Made by a program: the position numbers and the translations under genes. The notes under the pieces are model-generated. The model worked only from the letters and a program-made list of their open reading frames with translations, made no database searches and was not told the DNA's origin. A stretch of 64,000 bases of DNA, from IMG/VR virus record IMGVR_UViG_3300037780_000034, positions 160,001 through 224,000 of that record, one strand, 5' to 3'. Below are positions 18,403 through 27,819 of this stretch, piece after piece (within the stretch, counting starts at the first letter, position 1; the number at the start of each line of letters is the position of its first letter). This DNA is from a virus. Its lineage: Duplodnaviria; Caudoviricetes.

Positions 18403-18889
18403 TGCCGAAAGACAGCAATTTGCAAAAACATTACTAAGTGGAAAAATTACTCCACAACTGTATTACAAATATCTTTATAATCAATATCATATTTATATGG
18501 CCCTTGAAGAAAAACTGGATATACCAGAAATAGAAGATGTAAAAAGACTTACAAAAATAAAAGAAGATATTAAAGAATTAGAAGAATTGTATGATTTAAA
18601 AAATACAGATCAATTGTGTAGTTCAACCATTGAATATATGAAATATGTATCAGTATTAGATAAATCAAAAGTTATTTCGCATATATATGTTAGACATTTT
18701 GGAGATATGTATGGTGGTCAAATTATAAAAAAACGTATTCCAGGAAGTGGAAAAATGTATGATTTTGATAATGTTGAAAATTTAAAAACAATAATTAGAA
18801 ATATGTTAGATGATACTATGGCAGACGAAGCTAAGGTTTGTTTTGATTTTGCAACAAAATTATTTCAGGAATTATCAACAAATGAGTGA
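18362..18889 (+). CDS. hemO: Heme oxygenase (phage HemO/Ho1-like)
   Basis: LKQLTWEAHHNAE proximal His, HIYVRHFGDMYGGQII distal helix, EAKVCF. Confidence 0.92.
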   Translation: MNNLKQLTWEAHHNAERQQFAKTLLSGKITPQLYYKYLYNQYHIYMALEEKLDIPEIEDVKRLTKIKEDIKELEELYDLKNTDQLCSSTIEYMKYVSVLDKSKVISHIYVRHFGDMYGGQIIKKRIPGSGKMYDFDNVENLKTIIRNMLDDTMADEAKVCFDFATKLFQELSTNE

Positions 18890-19574
18890 AGTATGGAATA
18901 ACTTAATTAACATTCAAGATTTCTTAATAACTCAATTTGATAAATCTGGGACAGAAATACAAGAAGAAGGAATGGAAATATATAATAAAAACGGTTGGAT
19001 AAATCGTGTGTGGACAAGTAATAGTTATAGACGTGCACATATTGATGTAGTTGATGCTCGTAATTCTAAAGGACTATGGATGATGCACTGTTGTGTATTT
19101 CCTCATTTAGAAAATAATGGTCCAATATTTGGATTTGATGTAATTGCTGGAAAAAATAAAATGACAGGAGCATTTTTAGATTTTTCACCAACTGTTGAAA
19201 AAAATCACATAATGATTGAAGAACTTGGACATTATGTTTCTAACTTAAATTGGAAAAAAGAAAGAGAATTACCAGATTGGGCAAAAGCTATATTCAGTAA
19301 TCATATGGTTGCAGCAGGAAACATATCTAACATTGATGAAATAACACAAGTAACTATAATGGTAAATGATATGATAACCTTTTATCTTGATGATATAGAA
19401 AAATACAACAATCTATGTTCAGCAGAAGAATCAATATTAAGTCAGAATAATTATGCCTATTATCAAAAACAAAATCCACATACCCCAAAAACTATGACAG
19501 CTTTGGGCCTAGATGAAATTGAAGTAAAAAACTTTATAGAAAATTGTTTGTTTCCAAAAATAAAATCACAATAA
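18882..19574 (+). CDS. pcyX: Ferredoxin-dependent bilin reductase, PcyX/PcyA-like
   Basis: RRAHIDVVD, WMMHCCVFP, PIFGFDVIAG, QNPHT; D55/H69/D86 from the ATG at 18882; overlaps the hemO stop. Confidence 0.85.
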   Translation: MSEVWNNLINIQDFLITQFDKSGTEIQEEGMEIYNKNGWINRVWTSNSYRRAHIDVVDARNSKGLWMMHCCVFPHLENNGPIFGFDVIAGKNKMTGAFLDFSPTVEKNHIMIEELGHYVSNLNWKKERELPDWAKAIFSNHMVAAGNISNIDEITQVTIMVNDMITFYLDDIEKYNNLCSAEESILSQNNYAYYQKQNPHTPKTMTALGLDEIEVKNFIENCLFPKIKSQ

Positions 19575-19592
19575 TTAATCAGGAGAATAAAA

Positions 19593-19763
19593 ATGCCATA
19601 CAACTATACTAATATCAACCAAATAGATAAAGATACATTTGATTATTTAAAATTTGTATTACCAACTGACATATACGAAACTGATATTTCAGAAATAAAT
19701 TATTTTCTAACTAAGTTAGAAAGCTATTACATGGAACTTGACAACGATACCGAATCGGTATAA
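19593..19763 (+). CDS. Small acidic protein, 56 aa (not in the ORF track)
   Basis: AGGAG SD, ATG 19593, MPYNYTNINQ...ELDNDTESV, TAA 19761-63. Confidence 0.6.
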   Translation: MPYNYTNINQIDKDTFDYLKFVLPTDIYETDISEINYFLTKLESYYMELDNDTESV

Positions 19764-19766
19764 ATA
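19759..19766 (+). promoter_or_regulatory. T4-type late promoter TATAAATA
   Basis: Exact motif upstream of ORF 19792. Confidence 0.65.
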
Positions 19767-19791
19767 GATACTGAAATGAAAGGATACTCAT

Positions 19792-20259
19792 ATGTCTAAA
19801 TCTGCATATAACAAATATCTGAAAGTAAATGAAAAGTATTATGAAATGTCTGAAAATCTTGTCCTTAAAAATCTTAAGTTATCCATTATGGGCAAACTTA
19901 CAGAAAGCAAAAAAGACAAATATAATCAAAAAAATGTCGATATTGCATACAAGTGGAAAGATGCAGTTGACAACATCAACATAAAATATAACGAATATTT
20001 TGATTATCCTGAAGAACTTGTATCTATGTTAGAAGAAGCTGGATTTTATGCTGACGAAGACGAGTATGAAGATACGACACAAACGTATGTTCATGCACCT
20101 GTTGAACGTTATGATCCAACACCAGTTATCATTGAACGGTATACCGCACCAGAACCACAACGTAAAAAAAGTAGTGCCCTTGTGAATGCGGCTGGTCTTG
20201 CTGCAATAACAGTTGGTTCTTACTATGCTGGAAAAAGGCTTGCAAAGGCTCTGCTTTAA
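19792..20259 (+). CDS. Late protein with C-terminal hydrophobic/basic tail
   Basis: Late promoter, AAGGA SD; LTE/LEE motifs; tail ALVNAAGLAAITVGSYYAGKRLAKALL. Confidence 0.65.
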   Translation: MSKSAYNKYLKVNEKYYEMSENLVLKNLKLSIMGKLTESKKDKYNQKNVDIAYKWKDAVDNINIKYNEYFDYPEELVSMLEEAGFYADEDEYEDTTQTYVHAPVERYDPTPVIIERYTAPEPQRKKSSALVNAAGLAAITVGSYYAGKRLAKALL

Positions 20260-20831
20260 TGAATAAAGTAATATTAACAGATTGTGATGGTGTTCTTTTA
20301 AATTGGGAAAGTCAATTTCATAAATGGATGAATGATCGTGGTTATAACCAAACAAAAAGTGGATTTTATGAAATCCACGATGTTTATGATATGGCAGAAG
20401 ATCGTGCTATCCGGTATATTGAAGAATTTAACACAAGTTCTTATGTAATTGACTTACCACCATTAAAAAATTCAGTTGAAGGGTTAAAACGGTTAACTGA
20501 AAATGGGTATAAATTTGTTGTTATAACGAGTATAGGCGATAATCCATATACAAAAAAATTAAGAACAATAAATTTAGAAACTCTTTTTGGAAAAGATACA
20601 TTTATAGACATTATATGTCTTTCTGAAAAAATTAGTAAAAAATCAGAACTAGAAAAATATAAAGATAGTGGATTGTATTGGATTGAAGATTTACCTAAAA
20701 ATGCAAGTTTAGGTGCAGATTTAGGATTAAAACCAATATTACTAACTCATCATTATAATCAATATGATTGTAGTGACCATAGATTAATTAGAACAAATGA
20801 TTGGAATGAAATTTGTAATATTATAATATAA
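20259..20831 (+). CDS. HAD-family 5'(3')-nucleotidase-like protein (T4 30.2-like)
   Basis: ILTDCDGVLLNW, VITS, WIED motifs. Confidence 0.8.
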   Translation: MNKVILTDCDGVLLNWESQFHKWMNDRGYNQTKSGFYEIHDVYDMAEDRAIRYIEEFNTSSYVIDLPPLKNSVEGLKRLTENGYKFVVITSIGDNPYTKKLRTINLETLFGKDTFIDIICLSEKISKKSELEKYKDSGLYWIEDLPKNASLGADLGLKPILLTHHYNQYDCSDHRLIRTNDWNEICNIII

Positions 20832-20868
20832 GTGCAACTTGGAACCAGCAATTTATACTTATATTATG

Positions 20869-21615
20869 TTACTTTTCATCACCATAAATACGAAGAACGT
20901 CTCTTACTGTAGGATGACGTTCAACATCATTACGTGAAAATTCAACAACTCCCATTCTGGAACTATTATGATTTTGTAGTAAATCTAAAAAGTCTTTTAG
21001 TCCATTTTCATCAAATGTTCTATCGTGCTGTTTTAAGTCTCCAGTAACAATTATTCTACTGTTTTCACCTAACCTAGTTAAAATCATTTTCATTTGGTTA
21101 GGTGTGCAGTTTTGTGCTTCATCAAAAAGAATATATGCATTCTTGAAAGTTCTTCCACGCATGTATGCAAGTGGTGCTACCTCTATTATATTTTCTTTTA
21201 TCATAGCTTCTATTTCTATAGGAGAATAATATTCTTCTATAACATCAAATATAGGACGTGTCCAAGGGGCCATTTTTTCTACCAGATTTCCTGGTAAAAA
21301 CCCGTGTTGTTCATCTACGCTAACTGCAGGACGAGTAACTACTATTTTTTCACATTCGCCATTTTTCAATGCACGAATAGCGGCCAATACGGCTATCATA
21401 GTTTTACCTGTTCCTGCTGGTCCTATTGCAAACACCAAATCTATTTTATTATTATCTAGTAATTCAATGTAATCTTCTTGTTTAATGTTTTTTGGAAGAA
21501 TAACTACATTTTTTTTACGATTTTTATAGTTTTGGAAGTCTACAACTTGATGTGATATTGTTCCAACATTTTGCGGAACTGTATTTTTTGTTTTTCTAGC
21601 TCTATGCTTTGTCAC
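20869..21615 (-). CDS. phoH: PhoH-like ATPase
   Basis: GPAGTGKT, VVTRPAV, GFLPG, YMRGRTF, DEAQN, GDLKQHD; GTG start 21615 follows an AAGGAG SD. Confidence 0.93.
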   Translation of the reverse strand: MTKHRARKTKNTVPQNVGTISHQVVDFQNYKNRKKNVVILPKNIKQEDYIELLDNNKIDLVFAIGPAGTGKTMIAVLAAIRALKNGECEKIVVTRPAVSVDEQHGFLPGNLVEKMAPWTRPIFDVIEEYYSPIEIEAMIKENIIEVAPLAYMRGRTFKNAYILFDEAQNCTPNQMKMILTRLGENSRIIVTGDLKQHDRTFDENGLKDFLDLLQNHNSSRMGVVEFSRNDVERHPTVRDVLRIYGDEK

Positions 21616-21711
21616 TATGTGATCTCCTTTTAAAAAGGCTGGTTCCAAGTCGCACATGTATTTACATAAGTAATGTAAATATGTCCAGTTTAGCCTATAT
21701 TTTTGAAAAAA

Positions 21712-21719
21712 TATAAATA
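21712..21719 (+). promoter_or_regulatory. T4-type late promoter TATAAATA
   Basis: Exact motif upstream of ORF 21748. Confidence 0.65.
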
Positions 21720-21747
21720 AGTATATAATTCAAGGATTTCATAAATT

Positions 21748-22278
21748 ATGATAAATCATACTGACATAGTTAAAAACATTAAAAGCATATATGATAGTAA
21801 AAGTTCTCTAGATATTCTTCTTGAGTTTGAAAAAATATTAGATGAAACACATATATATGCTTACAAAAACTGGATAGAAGGTGAAGTTGTAGAAGGCCCA
21901 GAAATAAACAAATATTGGGTTACAGTAACACTTATGTATCCCTACAAATTAATGCCTGACCCTAGTGCTGCAAAAAGATTAATAAGTCTTGGTTGTAAGG
22001 TAGGATATAAAAAAATTAAATACGTCATAAGTGCCGAAATAACTTCTCCCGAAGATATGGAAATGGAAGCATTAACCGGAAAAAGAAAACCAAAAAAAGA
22101 ACATGTAAATGTATGGTTTGTAAAAATTAAAGTTCCAAGACACTTAATAGATGAATACAATACAGAAAAGTTAGAAATAAACGGTGTAACATTAGATATG
22201 AGTTCTATAAAAGATGCATCTGATAATGATTTAGATACTGTTAAAAATGTTTCAGGAGACAATAATGAAAATATATGA
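21748..22278 (+). CDS. Conserved jumbo-phage late protein
   Basis: 176-aa ORF after a late promoter; YAYKNWIEGEVVEGP...YWVTV motif. Confidence 0.65.
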   Translation: MINHTDIVKNIKSIYDSKSSLDILLEFEKILDETHIYAYKNWIEGEVVEGPEINKYWVTVTLMYPYKLMPDPSAAKRLISLGCKVGYKKIKYVISAEITSPEDMEMEALTGKRKPKKEHVNVWFVKIKVPRHLIDEYNTEKLEINGVTLDMSSIKDASDNDLDTVKNVSGDNNENI

Positions 22279-22765
22279 AGGTTTGCATTATGGAGATTTG
22301 GATGGACTTATTAAATCAACTGCAAGCATTGATCAATACAAACCAAAAATAGGAACAGATGCAGATACTGTAGTTTTTGCATTAACTGTTGATTACGATA
22401 AACCTGCTGAAGATTTAAGTAATTTTATAAGTAATTCAGATTTAGAACATTTAGATGTAGAGGCATCAAGTGTGCCAAATGAAGAAGGTAAATATAAAGT
22501 TTTTGTTGAATTCGCAAGAACACCAAATGTATATAATAAAATATTGAAATTAGTAAAAGACATAAATAATGTTACAAACTATAAATTAACTGATTGGAAA
22601 TTTATAACTTATAAGATGGAAAACGAAGTAGAGTTAACTCTTGACAATCTTCAAAAATATATAATTTCAACAGCAGAAGAATATGATAACAAATTTAAAA
22701 TAAAAAAAGAACAAGAAGAAAAACAAAAAATTAAAGAAAGAATAGAGTTTTTAATAAAATATTAA
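22265..22765 (+). CDS. Conserved jumbo-phage late protein
   Basis: AGGAG SD before ATG 22265; IDQYKPKIG motif. Confidence 0.65.
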   Translation: MKIYEGLHYGDLDGLIKSTASIDQYKPKIGTDADTVVFALTVDYDKPAEDLSNFISNSDLEHLDVEASSVPNEEGKYKVFVEFARTPNVYNKILKLVKDINNVTNYKLTDWKFITYKMENEVELTLDNLQKYIISTAEEYDNKFKIKKEQEEKQKIKERIEFLIKY

Positions 22766-22766
22766 T

Positions 22767-22985
22767 ATGAGCAAAGAAGATATAATAAAATTTAGTGGTA
22801 AAGTAATAGAATGTTTGCCAAACGCAAAATTCAAAATAAAATTAGAAAATGATTATACAATTATTGGTATTATCAGTGGAAAAATTAGAAAGTTTAATAT
22901 AAACATATTACTTGGTGACAAAGTAGATGTTGAAATCTCTACTTATGACTTGACAAAGGGACGAATAGTGTATAGATATGGGTGA
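22767..22985 (+). CDS. infA: Translation initiation factor IF-1
   Basis: MSKEDII...LPNAKF...ISGKIR...[10 protein letters not shown]...[11 protein letters not shown], collinear with bacterial IF-1 over 72 aa. Confidence 0.93.
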   Translation: MSKEDIIKFSGKVIECLPNAKFKIKLENDYTIIGIISGKIRKFNINILLGDKVDVEISTYDLTKGRIVYRYG

Positions 22986-23011
22986 ACCATAGAAAGCAGG
23001 ATAACACGTAA

Positions 23012-23467
23012 ATGTGGAAATATGTATTAATTGTAACATTTGTCACTGGACTATTCGGGTTTGGATACTATATGTATGACTCAGTAACAACTACTATTAA
23101 AACATTGATAGAACAAAATGCACAACTAAAATATGTTGCAGAACAAAATAAACAAGAGTTAGATAGAATATTAGAAGATATAAGAATTATTGCGATAGAA
23201 AATGAAACTGTATCTACTGAATTTGATATTGCAAACTCTATAGTAGACAAGTTAAATGCTATTTTAAGTAAACACGATCTTGGAATGTTAGCACTGGAAA
23301 GACCTGGATTAGTGGAAAATAGAATTAATAATGCAGCAAACGAATTAAATAGATGTTTTGAAATTTTAAGTGGAAGTCAATTAACATTGGAGGAAATCAA
23401 TGCTACCAGAAAAAGTGAAATCAATGATTTTTGTAGTGACCTTGCTAATCCCAATTACAATAATTAG
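23012..23467 (+). CDS. Putative inner-membrane spanin (Rz-like)
   Basis: N-terminal TM helix, coiled coil, overlaps a lipoprotein gene. Confidence 0.65.
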   Translation: MWKYVLIVTFVTGLFGFGYYMYDSVTTTIKTLIEQNAQLKYVAEQNKQELDRILEDIRIIAIENETVSTEFDIANSIVDKLNAILSKHDLGMLALERPGLVENRINNAANELNRCFEILSGSQLTLEEINATRKSEINDFCSDLANPNYNN

Positions 23468-23771
23468 TGGTTGTTCAACTCCTAATATAGAACAAATAGA
23501 AATTGTTGAAACTCCTAAAGAACGCCCCGCTCTCATTTTACCAAAAGTTACGCAAATAGAAACTCTTGAAGTAGAATGGATTGTGGCAAATGAACAAAAC
23601 ATTAATGATAAATTCCAAGAACTAAAAGAAAATTATAAAACACCAGTGCTATTTGCATTGGATGAAGAAAATTATCAAAATTTGAGTTTAAATCAAGTAA
23701 GATTTTTAAGACTTATTAGACAACAACAATCATTGATAGAATCCTATAAACGATATTATGAAACTCAATGA
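23424..23771 (+). CDS. Putative outer-membrane lipoprotein spanin (Rz1-like)
   Basis: Lipobox ISGC after a hydrophobic stretch, Pro-rich region, overlaps the 3' end of the i-spanin. Confidence 0.65.
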   Translation: MIFVVTLLIPITIISGCSTPNIEQIEIVETPKERPALILPKVTQIETLEVEWIVANEQNINDKFQELKENYKTPVLFALDEENYQNLSLNQVRFLRLIRQQQSLIESYKRYYETQ

Positions 23772-23778
23772 GTTTTCG

Positions 23779-23816
23779 GTATCACTATTGACATAGTGAT
23801 ACATTTGTGATATTAT
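23779..23816 (+). promoter_or_regulatory. Sigma70 promoter of clpA with an inverted repeat over the -35
   Basis: TTGACA (23788-93)-N17-TATTAT; GTATCACTAT-TGAC-ATAGTGATAC dyad 23779-23802. Confidence 0.75.
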
Positions 23817-23841
23817 GTAACAAAAGAAATAAAGGTAAAAT

Positions 23842-26067
23842 ATGACAACATCACATACACCAATAGAACGAATAATAGAAAATACATATGAATTAGCCGA
23901 AAGATTTAATCATTCATATATAACGGTTGAACACCTTGCATCTGTATTGTTTACAGATAAAAGTGTTAAGTTAATATGTGAAAATCTTAGTTGTGACTAT
24001 GACCTAATTAAAGAAGAAATTGACCATTATATCAGCGAAGAACTGATAGATTTTACCAATAACTCTGGTCACAAGCCTAAAAAAACATTATCTATAGAAC
24101 GTGTGTTCAATAGAGCATTAGCACAAGCATTATTTTCTGGTAAAAAATCTATAAACACTATTGATTTATTACTATCAGTATTATATGAAACAGAATCACC
24201 AACTGTTTACATATGTAATAAATTTGGCCTTGAACGTGATAATCTGATACATACTGCCTCACTTCAATCCTTAGTAGAAGAACATACTTCAAGTAATTCT
24301 ACAAATAAAAATACAAATAAAAAACAAAGTTCATTAGATTCTTTTTGCATAAATCTAAATGAACTTGCTTTTAGCAATAAGATAGATGCGTTGATAGGTC
24401 GTGAAATTCAGGTAGAACAAGTAATACAGACACTTTCAAGAAAAAAGAAAAACAATGCTATATTAGTTGGAGAAAGCGGAGTAGGAAAAACTGCAATTGT
24501 TGAAGGTCTTGCTCATAAAATTGTAAACCGTGAAGTTCCACAAAGTATGAGTGATTATGTTATCTATAGTCTTGATATAGGCATTCTTATGGCAGGAACA
24601 AAATATAGAGGCGATATTGAAGAAAGAGTTAAAAACATCATAGAAGAAATAGAAAAGCAAAAAAATATAATTCTGTTTATTGATGAAATTCATACCATAT
24701 TAGGGTCAGGTTCTGGAAATTCTGGTGGACTTGATATTGCCAACCTTTTAAAGCCAGCTTTACAAACAGGAAAGCTTAGATGTATCGGTTCTACTACATA
24801 TGATGAATATAGAGAAAAATTTGAAAAAGATTCTGCATTGGTTCGTAGGTTCAACAAAATAGATGTTGAGGAACCTACATCAGATCAAACTAAAAAAATA
24901 TTACATCAAAGTATAAAATCATATGAAAGTTTTCATTCTGTAAAGTTTGACAAAAATGCAATTGATATGGCAGTAGATTTAAGCGTAAAGTATATGCTTA
25001 ATAAAAAGCTACCAGATAAAGCATTTGAAATTATTGATAGTGCTGCTTCAAGAAAAAAACTGTTTGCAAAAACTAAAAAGATTTCAGAAAATGATATCAA
25101 ACTGGAAGTATCTAAACTATGTAGAATTCCGATTGAAACTATAACTTCAAAAACAGAAAAATCAAAAAAGGTAGTAAACATAGAAAACACACTTAAACAC
25201 AAAATATTTGGACAAGATGAAGCCATATCTTGGTTGTCGGATTCTTTGTATATTAGTCAAGCTGGTTTAAAATCGCAAAATAAACCATTAGGAAGTTATT
25301 TGTTTACTGGTCCAACAGGTGTGGGGAAAACAGAAGTATGTAAAGTTCTTGCAAGTTCTTTAAATATTGAATTAGTAAGATTTGATATGAGTGAATATCA
25401 AGAAAAGCATTCAATTTCAAAATTGGTAGGATCGCCTCCCGGATATGTTGGATACAATGATGGAAAACAAGGAAGTGGATTATTGATTAATAAGTTGGAA
25501 CAATATCCAAATTGTATTATACTATTAGATGAAGTTGAAAAAGCGCATCCAGATGTTCTTAACATCTTACTCCAAATAATGGACGATGGGATAGTTACTG
25601 GAAGTAATGGAAAAACTGCAAGTGCAAGAAATGCTATTATAATAATGACAAGTAATCTTGGCGCAGCAGATAGTGAAAAAAATGTAATTGGATTTGGTTC
25701 AACAACAAATGATTACGCACAAGATGAAGCCATTAAAAACTTCTTTAAACCAGAATTTAGAAATCGTCTTGATGCAATTGTTAAATTTAATAAATTAGAT
25801 AAAGATAATGTAAATTCAATTGCACAAAAGTTTTTAAATGAACTTAATGATCTTCTTGTAGAACAGAACATAAAGTTATCTTGGAATGAAGATGTGGTAA
25901 GTTGGGTTGCTAAAAATGGATTTGATCCATTGATGGGTGCAAGACCAATGAACCGTGTGATTACAGAAAACATCAAAAAACCACTTTCAAGAAAAATATT
26001 ATTTTCAGATAGTAAAAATAAAGAGTTTACAATAAAAATAGAAGATAATAAGATAAATATAGAGTAA
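23842..26067 (+). CDS. clpA: ATP-dependent Clp protease ATP-binding subunit ClpA-like
   Basis: Clp N-domain, two AAA modules (GESGVGKT/LFIDEIH; GPTGVGKT/LLDEVEK), VIGF ClpP-docking loop, GARP. Confidence 0.93.
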   Translation: MTTSHTPIERIIENTYELAERFNHSYITVEHLASVLFTDKSVKLICENLSCDYDLIKEEIDHYISEELIDFTNNSGHKPKKTLSIERVFNRALAQALFSGKKSINTIDLLLSVLYETESPTVYICNKFGLERDNLIHTASLQSLVEEHTSSNSTNKNTNKKQSSLDSFCINLNELAFSNKIDALIGREIQVEQVIQTLSRKKKNNAILVGESGVGKTAIVEGLAHKIVNREVPQSMSDYVIYSLDIGILMAGTKYRGDIEERVKNIIEEIEKQKNIILFIDEIHTILGSGSGNSGGLDIANLLKPALQTGKLRCIGSTTYDEYREKFEKDSALVRRFNKIDVEEPTSDQTKKILHQSIKSYESFHSVKFDKNAIDMAVDLSVKYMLNKKLPDKAFEIIDSAASRKKLFAKTKKISENDIKLEVSKLCRIPIETITSKTEKSKKVVNIENTLKHKIFGQDEAISWLSDSLYISQAGLKSQNKPLGSYLFTGPTGVGKTEVCKVLASSLNIELVRFDMSEYQEKHSISKLVGSPPGYVGYNDGKQGSGLLINKLEQYPNCIILLDEVEKAHPDVLNILLQIMDDGIVTGSNGKTASARNAIIIMTSNLGAADSEKNVIGFGSTTNDYAQDEAIKNFFKPEFRNRLDAIVKFNKLDKDNVNSIAQKFLNELNDLLVEQNIKLSWNEDVVSWVAKNGFDPLMGARPMNRVITENIKKPLSRKILFSDSKNKEFTIKIEDNKINIE

Positions 26068-26071
26068 GAAG

Positions 26072-26097
26072 TAATAATGCCCGCAAGGGCATTATTA
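26072..26097 (+). terminator. Hairpin terminator after clpA
   Basis: TAATAATGCCC-GCAA-GGGCATTATTA, 11-bp stem with a GNRA loop. Confidence 0.7.
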
Positions 26098-26116
26098 ACT
26101 ATAAAGGGTTTGCACA

Positions 26117-26524
26117 ATGAATAAAATTAGCTATACTATACTTACAAATAAATCAGAAATGTCATATACTGGCGATAAGATAAGAACTGATATATTTTCT
26201 GGTATGACACAAAATTTATATACAGCTAGTATCTCAGTTAGTAATTTTATAGGAAGATTTTTTATTGAAGGAAGTATAGCACTTGATCCACAAGAAGGAG
26301 ACTGGTTTCCAATATATCTTACAAGCGGAACCCCATATAGACAATATCCTATAAACTCATTGAGTCCATCTGGTATTAATGATGGTGACACTATTACAGA
26401 AGGTTTCACTTTCCGTGCAAATCTTTTGTATATACGTGCAAGAATAGATCGCTCCTATTTGTCAGAAACTATATATGATCCTATAACACATGGAACAATT
26501 GATAAAGTTATAATAAATATATAA
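26117..26524 (+). CDS. Putative virion structural protein
   Basis: 135-aa beta-rich ORF in the late cluster. Confidence 0.55.
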   Translation: MNKISYTILTNKSEMSYTGDKIRTDIFSGMTQNLYTASISVSNFIGRFFIEGSIALDPQEGDWFPIYLTSGTPYRQYPINSLSPSGINDGDTITEGFTFRANLLYIRARIDRSYLSETIYDPITHGTIDKVIINI

Positions 26525-26536
26525 AAAGGAGTTTCT

Positions 26537-27199
26537 ATGGCAATATATGCAAGCACATCTACAATTACGACACAAACAGTTCCTCTTATAATTGTTGATC
26601 CTGCAACAGTTCAAGATAAGTATTGGCTTAGATGGGATGCTTCTATAGGTGCATTTATTCCAGAAATAATGAGACTCACCGATATCGAAGTTGTTGATTT
26701 AGAATCTTCAAATATAGAGGGAATATTGCCAGTAGATAAGGGAGGAACCGGACTAGATTCTTATAATTCTGGTGATATATTATATGCAAATTCAGAAGGT
26801 CTTTTGGAAACCTTGCAAATAGGAACAGGTGATAATTCCCAAGTTCTTACAATATCTAATGGATTTCCAATATGGGAAGATACTACTAATTTAAAAAATA
26901 TTGTCATATCTCAGCTTAATTCATTTACAGTAAGCAGCGATGACATAACAACATTACCAGAAAATAGTCAATTAAAATCTATAATAATACATATAGATCA
27001 AGCATACGACACAGATGATATAATTGTTTCTGATGAATCAGAAACACTCATTAGTTCAAATGAAATATTAACTTCACAAGTTGGAACGTATATATATTCA
27101 TTAGATAAATTTTATACTTTATCAGAAACTTTATCTGTTGTAATAACTGACGCTACCACAGGAAGTATGAGAATTTTTGTAGAATATACCCGATTATAG
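26537..27199 (+). CDS. Putative virion/tail-associated protein
   Basis: AGGAG SD; GILPVDKGGTG and GDILYA fibre-like motifs; acidic and beta-rich. Confidence 0.6.
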   Translation: MAIYASTSTITTQTVPLIIVDPATVQDKYWLRWDASIGAFIPEIMRLTDIEVVDLESSNIEGILPVDKGGTGLDSYNSGDILYANSEGLLETLQIGTGDNSQVLTISNGFPIWEDTTNLKNIVISQLNSFTVSSDDITTLPENSQLKSIIIHIDQAYDTDDIIVSDESETLISSNEILTSQVGTYIYSLDKFYTLSETLSVVITDATTGSMRIFVEYTRL

Positions 27200-27218
27200 A
27201 TATATTTTGATTAAATTT

Positions 27219-27226
27219 TATAAATA
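27219..27226 (+). promoter_or_regulatory. T4-type late promoter TATAAATA
   Basis: Exact motif upstream of ORF 27272. Confidence 0.7.
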
Positions 27227-27271
27227 CTATTAAGCATCAAGACGATGCAAAAAACATTAAGGAGAAAGTAA

Positions 27272-27736
27272 ATGGCTTTAATTAAAGTTAATCCTACCAT
27301 AGCCAACGTTGGTAGAAGTTTCAATGGAAAAACTGTTCAGGCATATACCGTTGACCTAGCAGTAAACGCAACTGATTTCGGAACAACTGAAATGGGTCCA
27401 AATGGCGCAGTTCAAGAAGTTCTACGTGTTCTTGGCAAAAATGTAACTATCATTATGCACAGTGCACTTCGTTCAGATGGCGCAAACGATGGTCAAGTTT
27501 TTGATATTTATGTAGAAGGCGAATTCCCAACTGATACATATGATGGCACAAACTCAGAAACTTTTGCTGCATTCTTGCAGACAGAAATTCGCACTCTAAC
27601 TGCTGCTGGTGCACGTAGTGCTGCAACCATTGCAGTATCAGGTGAAAGCGCAAATGCTGCTGGTGTTGATCTTTCAAGCGCAACTGTAGTTGCTTTGACT
27701 GGTAGCCCATTCTATGCAGACCAAATTCCTGTATAA
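27272..27736 (+). CDS. Highly expressed late structural protein (putative)
   Basis: Own late promoter, AAGGAG SD and terminator; Ala/Thr/Gly-rich. Confidence 0.65.
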   Translation: MALIKVNPTIANVGRSFNGKTVQAYTVDLAVNATDFGTTEMGPNGAVQEVLRVLGKNVTIIMHSALRSDGANDGQVFDIYVEGEFPTDTYDGTNSETFAAFLQTEIRTLTAAGARSAATIAVSGESANAAGVDLSSATVVALTGSPFYADQIPV

Positions 27737-27760
27737 TTAACTATAAAATAAACTTAAACT

Positions 27761-27787
27761 AAGGGGGCAATAAATGCCCCCTTTTTT
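27761..27787 (+). terminator. Intrinsic terminator
   Basis: AAGGGGGCA-ATAAA-TGCCCCCTT followed by a T tract. Confidence 0.85.
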
Positions 27788-27819
27788 AATAAATATACTA
27801 TAGATCGGAGTATAATCAA

